Of a stretch of DNA of 64,000 bases, positions 47,011 through 59,615 are shown piece by piece. A program made the translations under genes and the position numbers. The DNA comes from Callorhinchus milii. Its lineage: Eukaryota. Every line of letters starts with the position of its first letter. Within the stretch, counting starts at the first letter, position 1. The notes below the pieces were generated by a model. That model was not told the DNA's origin. It worked only from the letters and a program-made list of their open reading frames with translations, and ran no database searches. The stretch spans positions 91,018,001 through 91,082,000 of the forward strand of contig NW_024704743.1 of assembly GCF_018977255.1 (NCBI RefSeq). The letters are read 5' to 3'.

Positions 47011-48620
47011 TTACTCTACTATAAATGTCAGGTAACTAGTCCACTTCTAAATCAGCTGCTATCAACTATGGGCCATGTGCACTGCTGTGCCAGTGACACT
47101 CTTTGGGTGTCTGTCATTTCTCGATCTATATTATCAGCTAAAGGCACATGTGCTGCATAGCCTGGGCAGGTTCATTTGGCAATTTAAGATCACTTGAGAC
47201 AGGCTATCTAGATTACATATGCTACAGAGTCAAAACAAACCAAAAAGGTAATACAGAAGCACATAATTTGAGTAGCTTTTTATTTCACAAATTTCTGCAC
47301 CAACAATTTTATTTAAATGAAATACAATTAAATATAATGAAGATTTGAGTCAACACCACTGAGGATGAAGATTTTGCTTGCATTGATGGTGAGACAGGAT
47401 TAGGCTCTTGTTAGGCAGGTGATGTACCGGGGATGAAGAAAGAGATGAAGGTATATTTACGCTTATATACTTTCTGTAATAATCATTAATAATCCTTGCA
47501 TTTTTATGTCAGACGGACATCCTAAATGCTTCACAGGATATATATTGTAAAGGGAAGTGGGGGTGTTTTGTGGACGAACACACCAGCCAATTGCACTCAG
47601 CCATCCTTCAGGCAAGGCATTAAACCAAGGCACCTGGTGGATGTTAAAGATCCAATGATATTATTTGAAAAGAAAAATAAATTTCACCCATGTCCTGACA
47701 GACAATCCCCCAAATAAAATTGTTCACTCACTCAATGGCTGGTTGTGGTACATTGATGTGTGAAAATTGGTTGCCTATAAACACGGTAACTACGCTTCAC
47801 AGGATATCCTGTGAAGTTCTTTGGCAAATTGGCTGCCTATAAATACAGTAACTATGCCTTCACAGGATATCCTGTGAAGTTTTTTGACAATCTTCCTGAC
47901 ATGAAAGATAATAATAATAATAATCCTTGCATTTGATACAGCGCTTTTCATGTCTTCTAGATGTCTCAAAGCGCTTCACAGAATATGCTGTGAAGTGAAT
48001 TGACCGTATATTTGTGGGCAAAATGTGGCAACCAATTGCACACAGCAGTGTCCCACAAACAGTTGTGGATTGAAAATGACCAATTGATTATTATTTTGGT
48101 TTTTTTTGTAGGGATTATTATTAGGCTTATGGAGTAAGGAAACTTGCCCAAGGTTTCGCCCTGCCTGGAACTGAACCCAGGTGTCGCACTTGCAAGGTGA
48201 GTGCTCTAACCACTGAGCGACAGGACTCCACAATGATGCTATATCAAATGAAAGGATTATTATTATTATAACATTGTTTTAACATTGGCTGACCTTAGCT
48301 GATGCATAGTAAAGCATCAATATTACAATGCAAATAGAAAATGCAAACTGCATTAATGAAAAGCTACTCAAATTATGTATTACCTTTTTTGCTTGTTTTG
48401 ACTCTGTAGCATATGTAATCTAGATAGCCTGTCTCAAGTGATCTTAAATTGCCAAATGAACCTGCCCAGGCTGTGCAGACATGTGCCTTTAGCTGATAAT
48501 ATGGATCGAGAAATGACAGACACCCCAAAGAGTATCACTGGCACAGCAGTGCACATGGCCCGTAGTTGACAGCAGCTGATTTAGAAGTGGACTAGTTACC
48601 TGACATTTATAGTAGAGTAA
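47011..48620. repeat. Long inverted repeat with arms at 47011-47280 and 48359-48620 and a spacer of about 1.08 kb
   Basis: Arms are reverse complements with few substitutions and small indels, e.g. TTACTCTACTATAAATGTCAGGTAACTAGTCCACTTCTAAATCAGCTGCT. Confidence 0.93.
47909..48229 (-). mobile_element. Full-length Deu SINE inserted antisense into the tail of an older SINE
   Basis: The host tail is split: ...CCTGACATGA before and GCTATATCAAATGAAAGGATTATT after. Confidence 0.88.
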
Positions 48621-48694
48621 TTGCTGTTAATTATATGAAATGTTTTCAATGTTTATCTAAACAGCAAAAGCTAAGCCTAACAGTAACTATATTA

Positions 48695-48890
48695 GTGGAT
48701 GTGCCATTTCCAATGGATATAAGTGACTTGGATTTTCAGAAAGCATTTGATAAGATTCGATATGTGAGGATTAAAGGACATGAAATTAATGGTAAATTAA
48801 CTATGTAGCTTGAAAACTGTTAAGCGACAGAAATCAGAAAGTAATGATAAATGGCAAAATCTCCTGGGGCTAATTAACCAGTTGTGCTCT
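48695..48890 (+). mobile_element. Old CR1 RT fragment
   Basis: LDFQKAFDKI motif. Confidence 0.65.
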
Positions 48891-50153
48891 ATCTGTACTT
48901 GAATACATTAGCTTCCTCATGATCTAGTATTTGGACGCTGTGTCCACTAACTGCAATTACGTGTGTGTACAGACAATTTAGAGCAACTATTCCAGGTAGG
49001 AATATAGAATTGGTTCATCTAGTCTACATGGAAAATTACAGTAAATTGAAGTTTTCGTCATTTAAAAGAAATTCTCCTCTTCTACTACTGTGCTTTAGTG
49101 TTCTTCCCCTCCCACACCCACTCAACTCCAACCCCCAGCTTGAGTGCCAGTCCAGCACTGCGAAGCATTTTGAGATAAGGCTCTATACAAATATTATATA
49201 TATTCCACGAACACTTGAAAGGCAGGATGCTAAATTTTAGCTCAACCTTTCAAATGTAGCCCTTTCACAGGAAAGTTGAGTTGAATATTTCTAAGTAGAA
49301 ATGCTGTGGTGGGAGGGGTCTAATATTTAATATTTAATTAGATCAGGAAGCTGTCATCCTTAACCATAAAATGATCGAAAACTGGATAAGCTATGGACCA
49401 CCACATTGAAACTTTGAGTAGCAAAATAAAATAGAATTATTAATAGTAACATCATGGGGACTTTGAGAAATCAGATGCATGATCTTTTTCCAGCTGCAAA
49501 ACACTAACTTTCCCTGGAGTCTTTTGTCAGTAGCATCTCTTAGATCTAATATGTGGTGGACGTGCAGTGAACAGCGTACTGTATACCATAGTAAACAAAG
49601 GCAGGTGACAATATGGCCAAGTAGGTCATCTTGCTTGGAAACACGGCACTGTATAGACAGAGAGGCCTACATTGAATACAACACAAAATCCCATTGATGA
49701 AATGTTCAGTCAGCTGTCAAAGGCTGCAATTCTCTCATCCATTGGCTGAGGAGGGGAGGAGGAAGGGGAATTAAGTGAACCTTTCATCGGGAAAGGCCTT
49801 TGTACGCTGATGAGCACAAATGTAAATGGTTTGGTTTAAATAGATTCCAAATAATGGAGCGCACACAATGAAGCACTATAAACTGAGCTGAAATACTGAT
49901 TTGTTACATAGAAGAATGGAAAAACTGAAGATAGCCAGTTTGTTGTTTTACCAGGCTGTCCAACGGCAATTATTACATGATCGATATGGAGTGAGCTGCT
50001 TATAATGTACAAACATCATATCTGAGAGAGAGCTGTGGGGAGAGTTTGCACATCTCCACCGATCATATATTAAAACCATATTTTTTAAAAAAGGTAATTG
50101 AATATGAGAAGAGGGCAAAATAAAAGAGTACAAGGAAAGAATAGTGAATTATT

Positions 50154-50393
50154 AGCCAATTGCGCACAGCAGTGTCCCTCAAACAATCATGGATTGAGTG
50201 ACCCAATTTTTTTGAGAGGGAAAAGTAATCTGCCAATCGAATAACAACCAGGTTCCTATTTACTACGAAGTAAACAGGTGTGTGGAGTAAGGAAACTTGC
50301 CTAAGGTTTCGCCCTGCCCAGGAAGCGATCTTCTTGCTTGCTATGGGACGTCTAGAAGACATGAAAAGCGCGATATCAAATGCAAGGATTATT
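50154..50393. mobile_element. SINE with an inverted 5' body joined to a forward 3' tail
   Basis: Minus-strand core-to-head at 50154-50340, then plus-strand GGGACGTCTAGAAGACATGAAAAGCG..AAATGCAAGGATTATT. Confidence 0.8.
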
Positions 50394-51186
50394 TATTTTT
50401 ATGTGAGCATACTAACCGCTACCCTACGGATCTCCATGATTGTGAGATCTATAGATATAAAAATCTGAAGAATTGTGATTAGAATGCCTAGATCTAGTGA
50501 ACAAGCTATCAAATCACATATCATTCCCACTCCTAATTCTTACTAAGGATTTGTGGAGATGACCAGGTGTTCTGCAGAATACAAGCTGGGGCTACAAAAG
50601 TGCCTTTATGGAAGGTCATAAGTTAATAACATTGAGTGGATATCTGGGTTATTCTTCAGTATTGTGGAGATCAGGGAGAAATATCATTTCATTGTCTTGC
50701 CAGTGGCTAGTCACCTCTATAAGGGTAGCGACGGGTTATAGATGAAATGCAAGGGAATATAGGGGCTCAATGAACCAAATATTCCATTTTCTCTTATGTC
50801 CTTATCTAGTAAGATTAAATGCAGTTTAAAATCAGGTTCATCTGATTTTGTTTTCATCCCCTGGGTGTCTGACTCACGCGGAAACCCATCACCATGCCCT
50901 TAAGAGTATCCAAATCAAACTGAGAATTCCATTTATCCCACCTTCACATGGAAATCCCAGAGATAGATTGTTGGAATGGAATGCACACTCTCTCGTTGGA
51001 GGGATGCATTCTGCTTACCTAAATTCAGAAAGCGTTAGGCTCAGGTTGGCAAGAACCAAGGCTTGGGGATCCCACAGTGTGCATTGAGGTATTGTTGGAG
51101 ACTAACCAGCTAAACCTGCATAGCTTGCCATTGATACTGCTGTCTGGCAGGCTTTTCCATTGTTTATCCAGCTAGGACCACCCTAC

Positions 51187-53038
51187 ATCAACAACAACAA
51201 GATTTCATGGAGCCTCTTTCACATCGGGAGGATGTCCCAAAGCGCTGGACAGTTGGGTCGGACCCGAGCAGGGGGGAAATGGTCAGGGGGAGTGAAGGGA
51301 TGGAGCGAGGAGGGGGTAGAGAGTCGAGAGGGGAGCTGAAGGCATGGTCGAAGAGAAAGGTCTTGAGATCGGCCTTGAAGGAGGAAAGGGAGGAAGCAAG
51401 GCGAAAGCACTGGGGGATGGAGTTCCAGAGCCTAGGGGCTAAGAGGCTGAAGGCCCGGCCATTGATGGTAGGGCGGTTAGGGCGGGGGATGTGGAGCAGA
51501 CCGGAGCCAGAGGAACGAAGGGTACGGGCAGGGAAGTAGGGGGATAGTAGGTCGGAGAGGTAGGAGGGAGCAAAGCCGTGAATGGCCTTGTAGGTGAGGA
51601 TGAGGATCTTGAATTGGATCCTCTGGGGGATGGGGAGCCAGTGGAGGCGAGCGAGGGTGGGAGTGATGTGGTCGCGAAGCCTGGTGCGGGACAGTACACG
51701 AGCTGCAGAGTTCTGAATGACCTGCAGCTTGTGGAGGGAGGTGCCGGGAAGGCCGGCGAGGAGAGAGTTCCCATAGTCCAGCCTTGAGGTGATAAAGGCG
51801 TGGGCCAGAGTTTCAGCAGCGTGAGGGGTGAGGTAGTGCCGTAGTCTGGCGATATTCCGGAGGTGGTGGAAGGCAGTGCCAGTTGTGGCGCGGATGCGGG
51901 GAAGAAAGGACAGCTCAGGGTCGAACAGAACGCCAAAGTTCCTGACCGGCTTTGAGAGGTGGAGAGTGCAGCCTTGGATGCTGATGCTGTCAGCGCCTGA
52001 GGTGCGGAGGCGCTGACGCGAGCCAATCAGGAGGGCCTCAGCTTTGCGCATGTTGAGCTGAAGAAAGTTGTCTCTCGTCCAGGACTCGATGTCGGACAGG
52101 CAGGCTGTCAGGACATCGGTGGTCGTGGAGTTGAGGGTAGAGGAGGAAAGATAGAGTTGGGTGTCATCCGCATACATGTGGAAGTTAACCCCATGTCTGC
52201 GGATGCTGTCACCAAGGGGGAACATATAGAGGGTGAAGAGGAGGGGACCGAGGACAGAGCCCTGAGGGACACCACACAAGACAGTGCGGGGCTGGAGGAA
52301 AAGCTGTTTGTGGAAACAAAATGAAGACGGTGGGAGAGGTACGACCTAAACCACTCAAGGACAGGACCTTGAAGGTTGAGGTGGAAGGACAAGCGGTGGA
52401 GGAGGGTAGCATGGTCGACCATATCGAATGCAGCCGATAGATCGAGGAGGACGAGGAGGCAGAGGGAGTCCTGGTTGCAGATGGTCTAGATGTCATTAGT
52501 GACTTTGACCAGGGCGGTTTCTGTGCTATGGGCAGCATGGAAACCCGACTGAAGGACCTTGGACAGGAAGGGGAGGTTGGAGATGGGCCGGTAGCTTGAT
52601 AGCTGCGACGCATCAACGGAGGGTTTTTCCAAAGTGGGAGTGATGGTGGCAGTTTTTAAGGGAATGGGAACAGAGCCAGAGGAGAGGGACAGGTTGATGA
52701 TGTCTGTGAGGTGGGGCAAGGAGGTGGAGCTGGGGGATAAGGAGTGGAGTGGGGATGGGGTCAAGGGAGCAGGTGGTTGGTTTCAGGGACAGGATGAGAT
52801 TGGTGACAGAGGGTGGAGAAACGGGTTCGAAGGTGTGTAGGGGAGGATGGGAGGAGTTGGAGTGTGGGAGGGAAGGGGTGGGGAGTGGGTGGAAGTTGGA
52901 GGGGCAGTGACCACGGAGCAGATTCCCTTGATTTTGGATTGAAGGAAATTCAGCATCTCCTCGCAGTGAAGGTTGGAGGAGATGACCTGCGTGGGGTGGC
53001 GGGGGGAACGGAGGAGTCGGGATGTGGTAGAGAACAGA
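51187..53038 (-). mobile_element. Young-subfamily L2 LINE, 5'-truncated, with an open 363-codon RT/C-terminal frame (52279-51188) and 7-bp TSD
   Basis: [34 protein letters not shown] and LHWLP. ACCCTAC at 51180-51186 and 53039-53045. The upstream part is frameshifted. Confidence 0.95.
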
Positions 53039-56000
53039 ACCCTACCCATTAGGGCTTTGGCTTGCAGGGTTAACAGGAGCTGAGTGGGATGATTCCCTGC
53101 CCCCAGTGACTGGCCTGCCCTTCCAGGCCCTGCCAATGAGCCAGGCTGGCTGTGCTGTCATCAGCAATGCCTTTCATCTGACAAATAGAAATTGATCTAA
53201 AGATGGATGAGCTCCCTAAAATTGGAGGTTTCATACGTCATTCAAATGTATTTATTCCTCTGACCTGAAATGTCCTTCCCTTTTCTCCTGAAGGCAATAA
53301 TTCAATGTCAGTGGATCCAAACAAATTCTCAGAGACTCCTCGTTCAAAAATATAGTATGTTGATATAAAATCTGCAGCCTCCAGTAATCTATACTGTAAA
53401 TATAGCTCACAAGCACACTATCCAACAAAATAAGAGTTTATATCCCAAACACGTTCTATTTGTCACACCAACAGCTGTCCTATTTACCAAGAGCTAAAGG
53501 TTACAATCAGATTGTTCATTCAAGATGTCAACTTACTTGGGATACATGTTGGAATGCAGTAAATTACAGGGACTAGCTAATGAGAGACGACTGGTTGCAT
53601 AACCTATGAGTGTTGCAGTATGTAAATATCTGGGCTGCTTAACAAGCAGGTCAATATTTCACTGCTATTCTGGTGTGTGTTCTGTTTATAATACACATTG
53701 GAGTGTTAGTGTTGTAAGATCTATGGGGGGAATAATAAATTTCCCTTTAGGAACATTGAGTTATAAATCTTCCTGAGTACTGATATTTTCACTAAACAGA
53801 CCCAAGCTTCATGAGATGTGAGTTACAAATCAGGAAAAGGCAATGAAAGCACGAACAGGCAACAGTTTACAAAGGACATGCAAAACAATGCTCTAATATT
53901 TTCATGACGTCTTTATCACAGTGGAACATCACAATGAACTTCACAAGTAATTACTGTGAAATGTAGTGACTGAATTTATGGACTGACAGAAGAAGCCATT
54001 TACACCAGCAAGAGGAGGTGAACGACCAATTAAGTAGGAGAAATGATGGCCAGGATACTGGAAGAAACTCCCTTCTCTTTTTGAATAGTGCCATGGGATA
54101 TTTCCTGCCCACCTGGTAAACAGGCAGATGGGATCTCGATTTAACAACTCACACAAATGACAGCATCTCAGACAACTCCATTCCTTCTGCACTGCTCAGT
54201 GCTCTGCCAGAAACTCACCAATCCTGGCGACTGTGAATTCAGATCCTGACGTGTGAATCCATAACCTTTGGATCTAGTGGCTCTCGTTGCACATTGGCCT
54301 TGCTGGCTCACATCATTAGAGCACTAGTTAGCGATTTTAACTGAACAAAAAAACACATGTTGAACTAACATATACATTGGAATCAACAGCAGTGTTCGGT
54401 TCAGCTCCACAGTTGTGACAAAGTAAAGTGGAGGTTATATAGGTGGAATCAGCCAATAAATAAAGACAATGATGTATTAATATGTTTCAACGGAAACCCA
54501 AATGTCACTGTGCAAGGTCAGATAAAGGTTCTTCCTGTCAATTCCCCACACACTGAGTTCCTGACCAAAACTAAGCTGCCAGAGCCAAGCACCGAGCAGA
54601 GACTGTACTCTTCATGACACAGCACAGGGGCAATTCAACAGGTCTCAGGCACCTCCTGGAACATACTAAGAGAATGGCTTTTGCAGAGACTAGGGAGCTG
54701 TCTGACCACCCGCTCTCAGAATTACACTTCAATTTGAGCTTTAAAAAAGCACAGTAAAATAAGAGCATTTTTAAACAGAGGATAAAATAACTTTATTTTT
54801 TATACACCTACTATAAAAATGCTTGATTGTATTGTTCTTATTTTGAGAGTTACCTGAAAGCAAGAAATGAAGCGCCAGCCACAAATAAACATGAGGAGAT
54901 CCAACCACAGGATAAGAACATAAAGAATATAAGAACATAATGAATACTAGATGAAAAAAAGACCAAGGTCCAGCTATTTTACCTTCCACCTTCCTGGCGG
55001 TCGCATGCACATATGTCCCAAACTACCCATAATGTTGTTTCCTAAAAGAAACCTTATTTCCTAAAATAAATCAAGCACTGGATCCCATCAAACTGCCTGG
55101 CTCAGTTGGTAGCTTCTTGAGTCAAAAGGTTATAAATAATAATCCTTTCATTTGATATAGTGCCTTTTTACATCGTTGAAACATTGCATAGTTCTTCACA
55201 GGGTTTATTGTGACCTTATTAGGTGAAATAAACATTTCCTAAAGAATACAGAATGCGTGGAAGATTCTGAAAATTCTCTTTCAATCCCGAGGGCCTATTT
55301 ATAATGTATTTATATCACCATTTAGTCTGTATTGTGTCAGTGCCTTTCATTCTGTGGTGTGGGTCGCAGGTTGAGGGACGCCAGGATTGTTGAGGATCTG
55401 ACAGAACACTGAGCCTGAAAAGTATCTCCCATTGACATTGGCTCCTTTCATCCCTCTGATAATACAATTCATGCTTCAATTAGAGTTCCTGTTAATGCTT
55501 AACAAAAGATTATTAGCTTGGTTCAGACATTGCTCGGCTCAGACAATGCCTGGCTTGGACAATGCCTGGCTCGCTTCACAACAATGTGAAAAGGCACTAT
55601 ATTGAATGCGAGGATTATTACTTAAAACCTTTTGACTCAAGAAACTACCAAGCAAGCCAGGCTGTTCGATGCAATCCAGTGCTACTGGGCTCAGAGATGG
55701 TGCCTGATAATAAAATAATAATTATTGCATTTGCATGTCTTGGAGACATCTCGGGGCGCTTCACAAAATATACTGTAAAGTGAATTGACTGTAAATTTTG
55801 TGGACGAAACTTTGTTGCTTAGCTGCAACAAATATGCAGTGAACAGGAGCACAGTTTAATACTAAACACAGCATCACTTACATAAAAAGGAGTAAGGCTG
55901 GGTCAGCAATCGTAAAGTGCAGAGGGAGAGGAACAGGTGGTAAAACAGATGGTGAGGCAAACCGATACCAACAGGAGAGGCTGTCCGTTTTTGCAGCAGT

Positions 56001-58374
56001 TACAGGAACCATCTTATCATGCAGACCTACTGAAAGGCATGTGCTATGAACAGATAACATCAATGTCCAGAACAGTGACTCACTTAATGTGCCGCTCCAC
56101 CCATTATACAAAGGATTACCGTCTCACTCAGGTGGACAGCAGAATTGTGATCTCCTCCTGCATTGGAGCTAACTGGAGATATCTAAAGCAGTATGGCATT
56201 TAGAACCATGGGAATTTACAGCAAATAAGGCTATTCGGCCCATCGTGTCTGTGCTGGCTCTTTTAAGAGCAATTCATTCAGTTCAAACTTACTTTGTATA
56301 AAGTGCTGTTGGTTCAAACAGTGTCTAAAGAAAACATTTAAGCACCTCTTATTCACACCAACTTATTACAATATGTTGGTACACCTAAAAACATATTTCA
56401 GATACCCATTCTGTTCTTACATTCGTGCACCTCTCTTGTTTATTTCAGTGATCCTCCAATTCATTTTCACCTGTCTATAAGTGAATGTGTGATTTGTAGG
56501 CAAATACTGCAGCCAATTGCACACAGTGACGATATCCCACAGACAGCCGTCACGGCAGCCATGACATGAAATTATTTATCTGGGTAATTGTTAGCCAGGA
56601 CACCAGCAGAAATCCTTTCTTTTTTTGTATTGTGCCATGAGATCTTCAATATCAACCTGCACAAGCAGATGGGACCTGAATGTAATAACAACAACAACTT
56701 GCATTTATATAGCACACCTCAAACAGTTACAACAGTTCGTCTCACAACAGCAGCCCACAAATTACATGAATGATCAATGAATTTAACATTTGGTGTTAAA
56801 TCTTGGACAATAGTTGAATACTGGCTGGTACGAGAATACAGAGTAATAGAAGTTGCTGGCCCAAGACTTGGATTTCACCAGTGATGAGATATCACAATCA
56901 GCTCTAAATACCCATAAATATATCACATATAGGACAGGCTTTGAGAGCTTTGACTTCCTACATTCTTTCAACTACTCTCTTACTCTGCACTGCCTAAATA
57001 GCCTAGGACACATCTTATTCTCTGTTCTCGAGAGAAATGCCACCTCAATGTAGATGTAGACTCTATTCTTAGTATTTCAGGGCATTCAAATTTAACAATT
57101 CCTAAATTCAGCCTTAGATTTTCTGTAGGTTCTTTTAACCTCGATCCACTCTTATAGACTTGGCAGCATTTCTCCCTCTCACTTCTTATCTTGCTTGCCC
57201 ATGTGCATTTACCCCTAAACTCTAATTTGTTTTTAAACCCTCATAAGTTGGTCACAACTCATTTAGCTCAGTGGTTCTGCTGGCAAAACAAATATCATAA
57301 CGAGAGGACTCCACTGAAGTGAAAATTCATCATATTAAAGTTGGTAGAGAGGTTGGCAGATTTCCCAGTACTGACAATATCTAGAGGAGCATTCACACTT
57401 CCAATTCTAAATCTGCAACGAGTCAAGTTAAAATTGATAATTAATTGTGCTCATTTACTTTTAAAAACATCTTTAGAGGTGAATAAAATGAACCTCACGA
57501 CTTGTCAGAATGTTTATGCTAATTGTATAGGACATTTATAGTTGTAAAACAAGATTTTTTTTAAGTGGGTTGTGCATTCTATGCAATTATGGGACGTCTT
57601 TGCTTTGGGACGTCCTCCTGACTTGAAAAGCGCTATATCAAATGCAAGGATTATTATTATTATCTTTTTTAATTGCAAAAGCCGTACCAATTTATATACG
57701 TGAAATTAGTTTATGGTTTTGCATTGCAGGAGCCCCACTCCACACACAAATATATACATGTACACACATACACACAGACACACACACACATTTCTTACAC
57801 ACCTGGAATTCATTGCTACAGAAGTCCCTCATTTGGCTGGTGGCTCCTGACTCCTAAACAACCCACACCGAGTTACTGTGCATCTCTAATATTTCTGGAG
57901 GAACCATCAGTCAGCATGGCAGTGATCACTTCCTGAAACAATGGATAGTGGCGAGTAAACAAGCCTACGCTGGGAATCCACTGCTCAACAAGACTGGAGT
58001 AAATGCAGCAGATGACTTTCAAATCCGCTGCTGCTGGTTTAGTGCCTTCTCAGAAAGGAGTGGGGCTCAAGTGATGAATACTTGCCTGTCACTCTTTGTG
58101 GATCTCTGAGTTTTCCTTTGAAAATCCCCTGTTTCTCAGTGTTTCAAAAGAGAGAGATGTTACATACACCAAGTCTGATCTAGGTTAGTGTCAGACATCT
58201 GGTAATAAACCCAAAACAAACCAATTAAATTCACTTCTTCCAGCTTTCTTTGTTGCTCATCCGAATGAGGAAGAGACCTTAAAGCATGGCTGAGTCTTTA
58301 AAATTCTAACATAGAATGTTGTTGGTGTTGTAAAATAGTCCTGATAAAAGTATCAATGAGTCAAATAGCGTATA

Positions 58375-58902
58375 ACTTAGGAAGGATGTCAAGGCATTGG
58401 AGAGGGTGCAAAGGAGATTTACCAGGATGGTATCAGGAATGAGGGACTTCAGTTATCAGGAGAGGCTAGAGAAGCTAGGATTATTCTCCTTGGAGCAGAG
58501 AAGGTTAAGAGGAGACTTAATTGAAGTTTTCAAAACTATGAAGGGATTCGATAGGCTGAACAAGGGGAAACAATTTCCACTGGCGGGTGGGTCGGTAACC
58601 CAAGGGCATCGATTTAAAACAGTTGTTAAAAAAAACAGAGGGGAGGTGAAGAGAAATTTTTTCACACAGCGATTTGTTCGGATCTGGAATGCATTGCCTG
58701 AAAGGGTGGTGGAAGACAATTCGATAACAACTTTTAAGGGAGAAGTAGATAATTATTTTGGGAGGACAAGTATGCAGGTCTATAGAGAGAGAGCGGGGAG
58801 TGGGATTGATTTGGATAGATCTTTTCAAAGAGCCGTCACAGACACAATGGGCCAAGTGGCCTCCTTTTGTGCTGTATACTTCTATGATTCTATGATTCTA
58901 TG
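58375..58902 (+). mobile_element. CR1 LINE 3' end
   Basis: LERVQRRFTRM..LGLFSLEQRRLRGDLIEVFK..WNALP and a (ATTCTATG)n tail. Confidence 0.95.
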
Positions 58903-59379
58903 AACTGTGTTACGGTATCAGTGCTTTTCTACAGTGGCTCAGACATGTGGTAATGGTGAACCACTGTATTCATGATATTGAGGCTTTATTCTTCTCCTAA
59001 TACAGTAACTAAGGTTCCTGCTAAAAACATCATGCCTCATAATCGAGAACAATGTCAATGTTCTATTAAAGAGGGCACTGGGATCATGAAGTATTTTCTG
59101 CCAATTCACTGCCAAGTGATCAGCCATCTGTGAACGCTTTTGAGTTATAACATTCATGAGTCTAATTGTGAGAAAAAGCCTTGACTTTCTGATACTTTAT
59201 CTTGGATAATGAAGTCAAAAGTTCATTTCTTACAGAAACAAACAAGTGAGTTGTTAGTAGATGTATTATGTTTCATTTTCCATGTGAATGTAATCAAAGA
59301 TCAGTTGTCTGAATGGATAATTTAGAAGCTCATATCATGATTTATTTGTGAATTTTCATCACTTTGACAAAATTGTGTC

Positions 59380-59615
59380 AGCTTGGTTCAGTTGGTAGCC
59401 CTCTTGTCTCTGAGTCAGAAGATTGTATGATCAGGCCCCAGGTGGGGATTTTGAACTCCTGGTCAGACTCACTCCAGTGCAATGTTGAGGAAACTCTGCA
59501 TTGTCAGAGGTACTGTTTTTCAGATGAGGCATTAAGCCCAGTTCTTGTCTGTCTATTCAGGTGGCATTAAAGATCCCAGGGCACTGTTTGAAAAAGAAAG
59601 GAGTTTCTCCCGGTA
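59380..59615 (+). mobile_element. Older Deu-type SINE 5' part
   Basis: GGTTCAGTTGGTAGC..CTCTGAGTCAGAAG head and TTAAAGATCCCA.GGCACT middle. Confidence 0.78.

Noticed and set aside
51188..52279. 363-aa RT ORF as an active or domesticated gene
   Set aside because: It is part of a 5'-truncated L2 with upstream frameshifts and no endonuclease.
55878..56203. Overlapping short ORFs in unique DNA (similarly 60862-61047 and 6312-6563)
   Set aside because: No homology recognised and no convincing splice signals. Lengths are within chance expectation.
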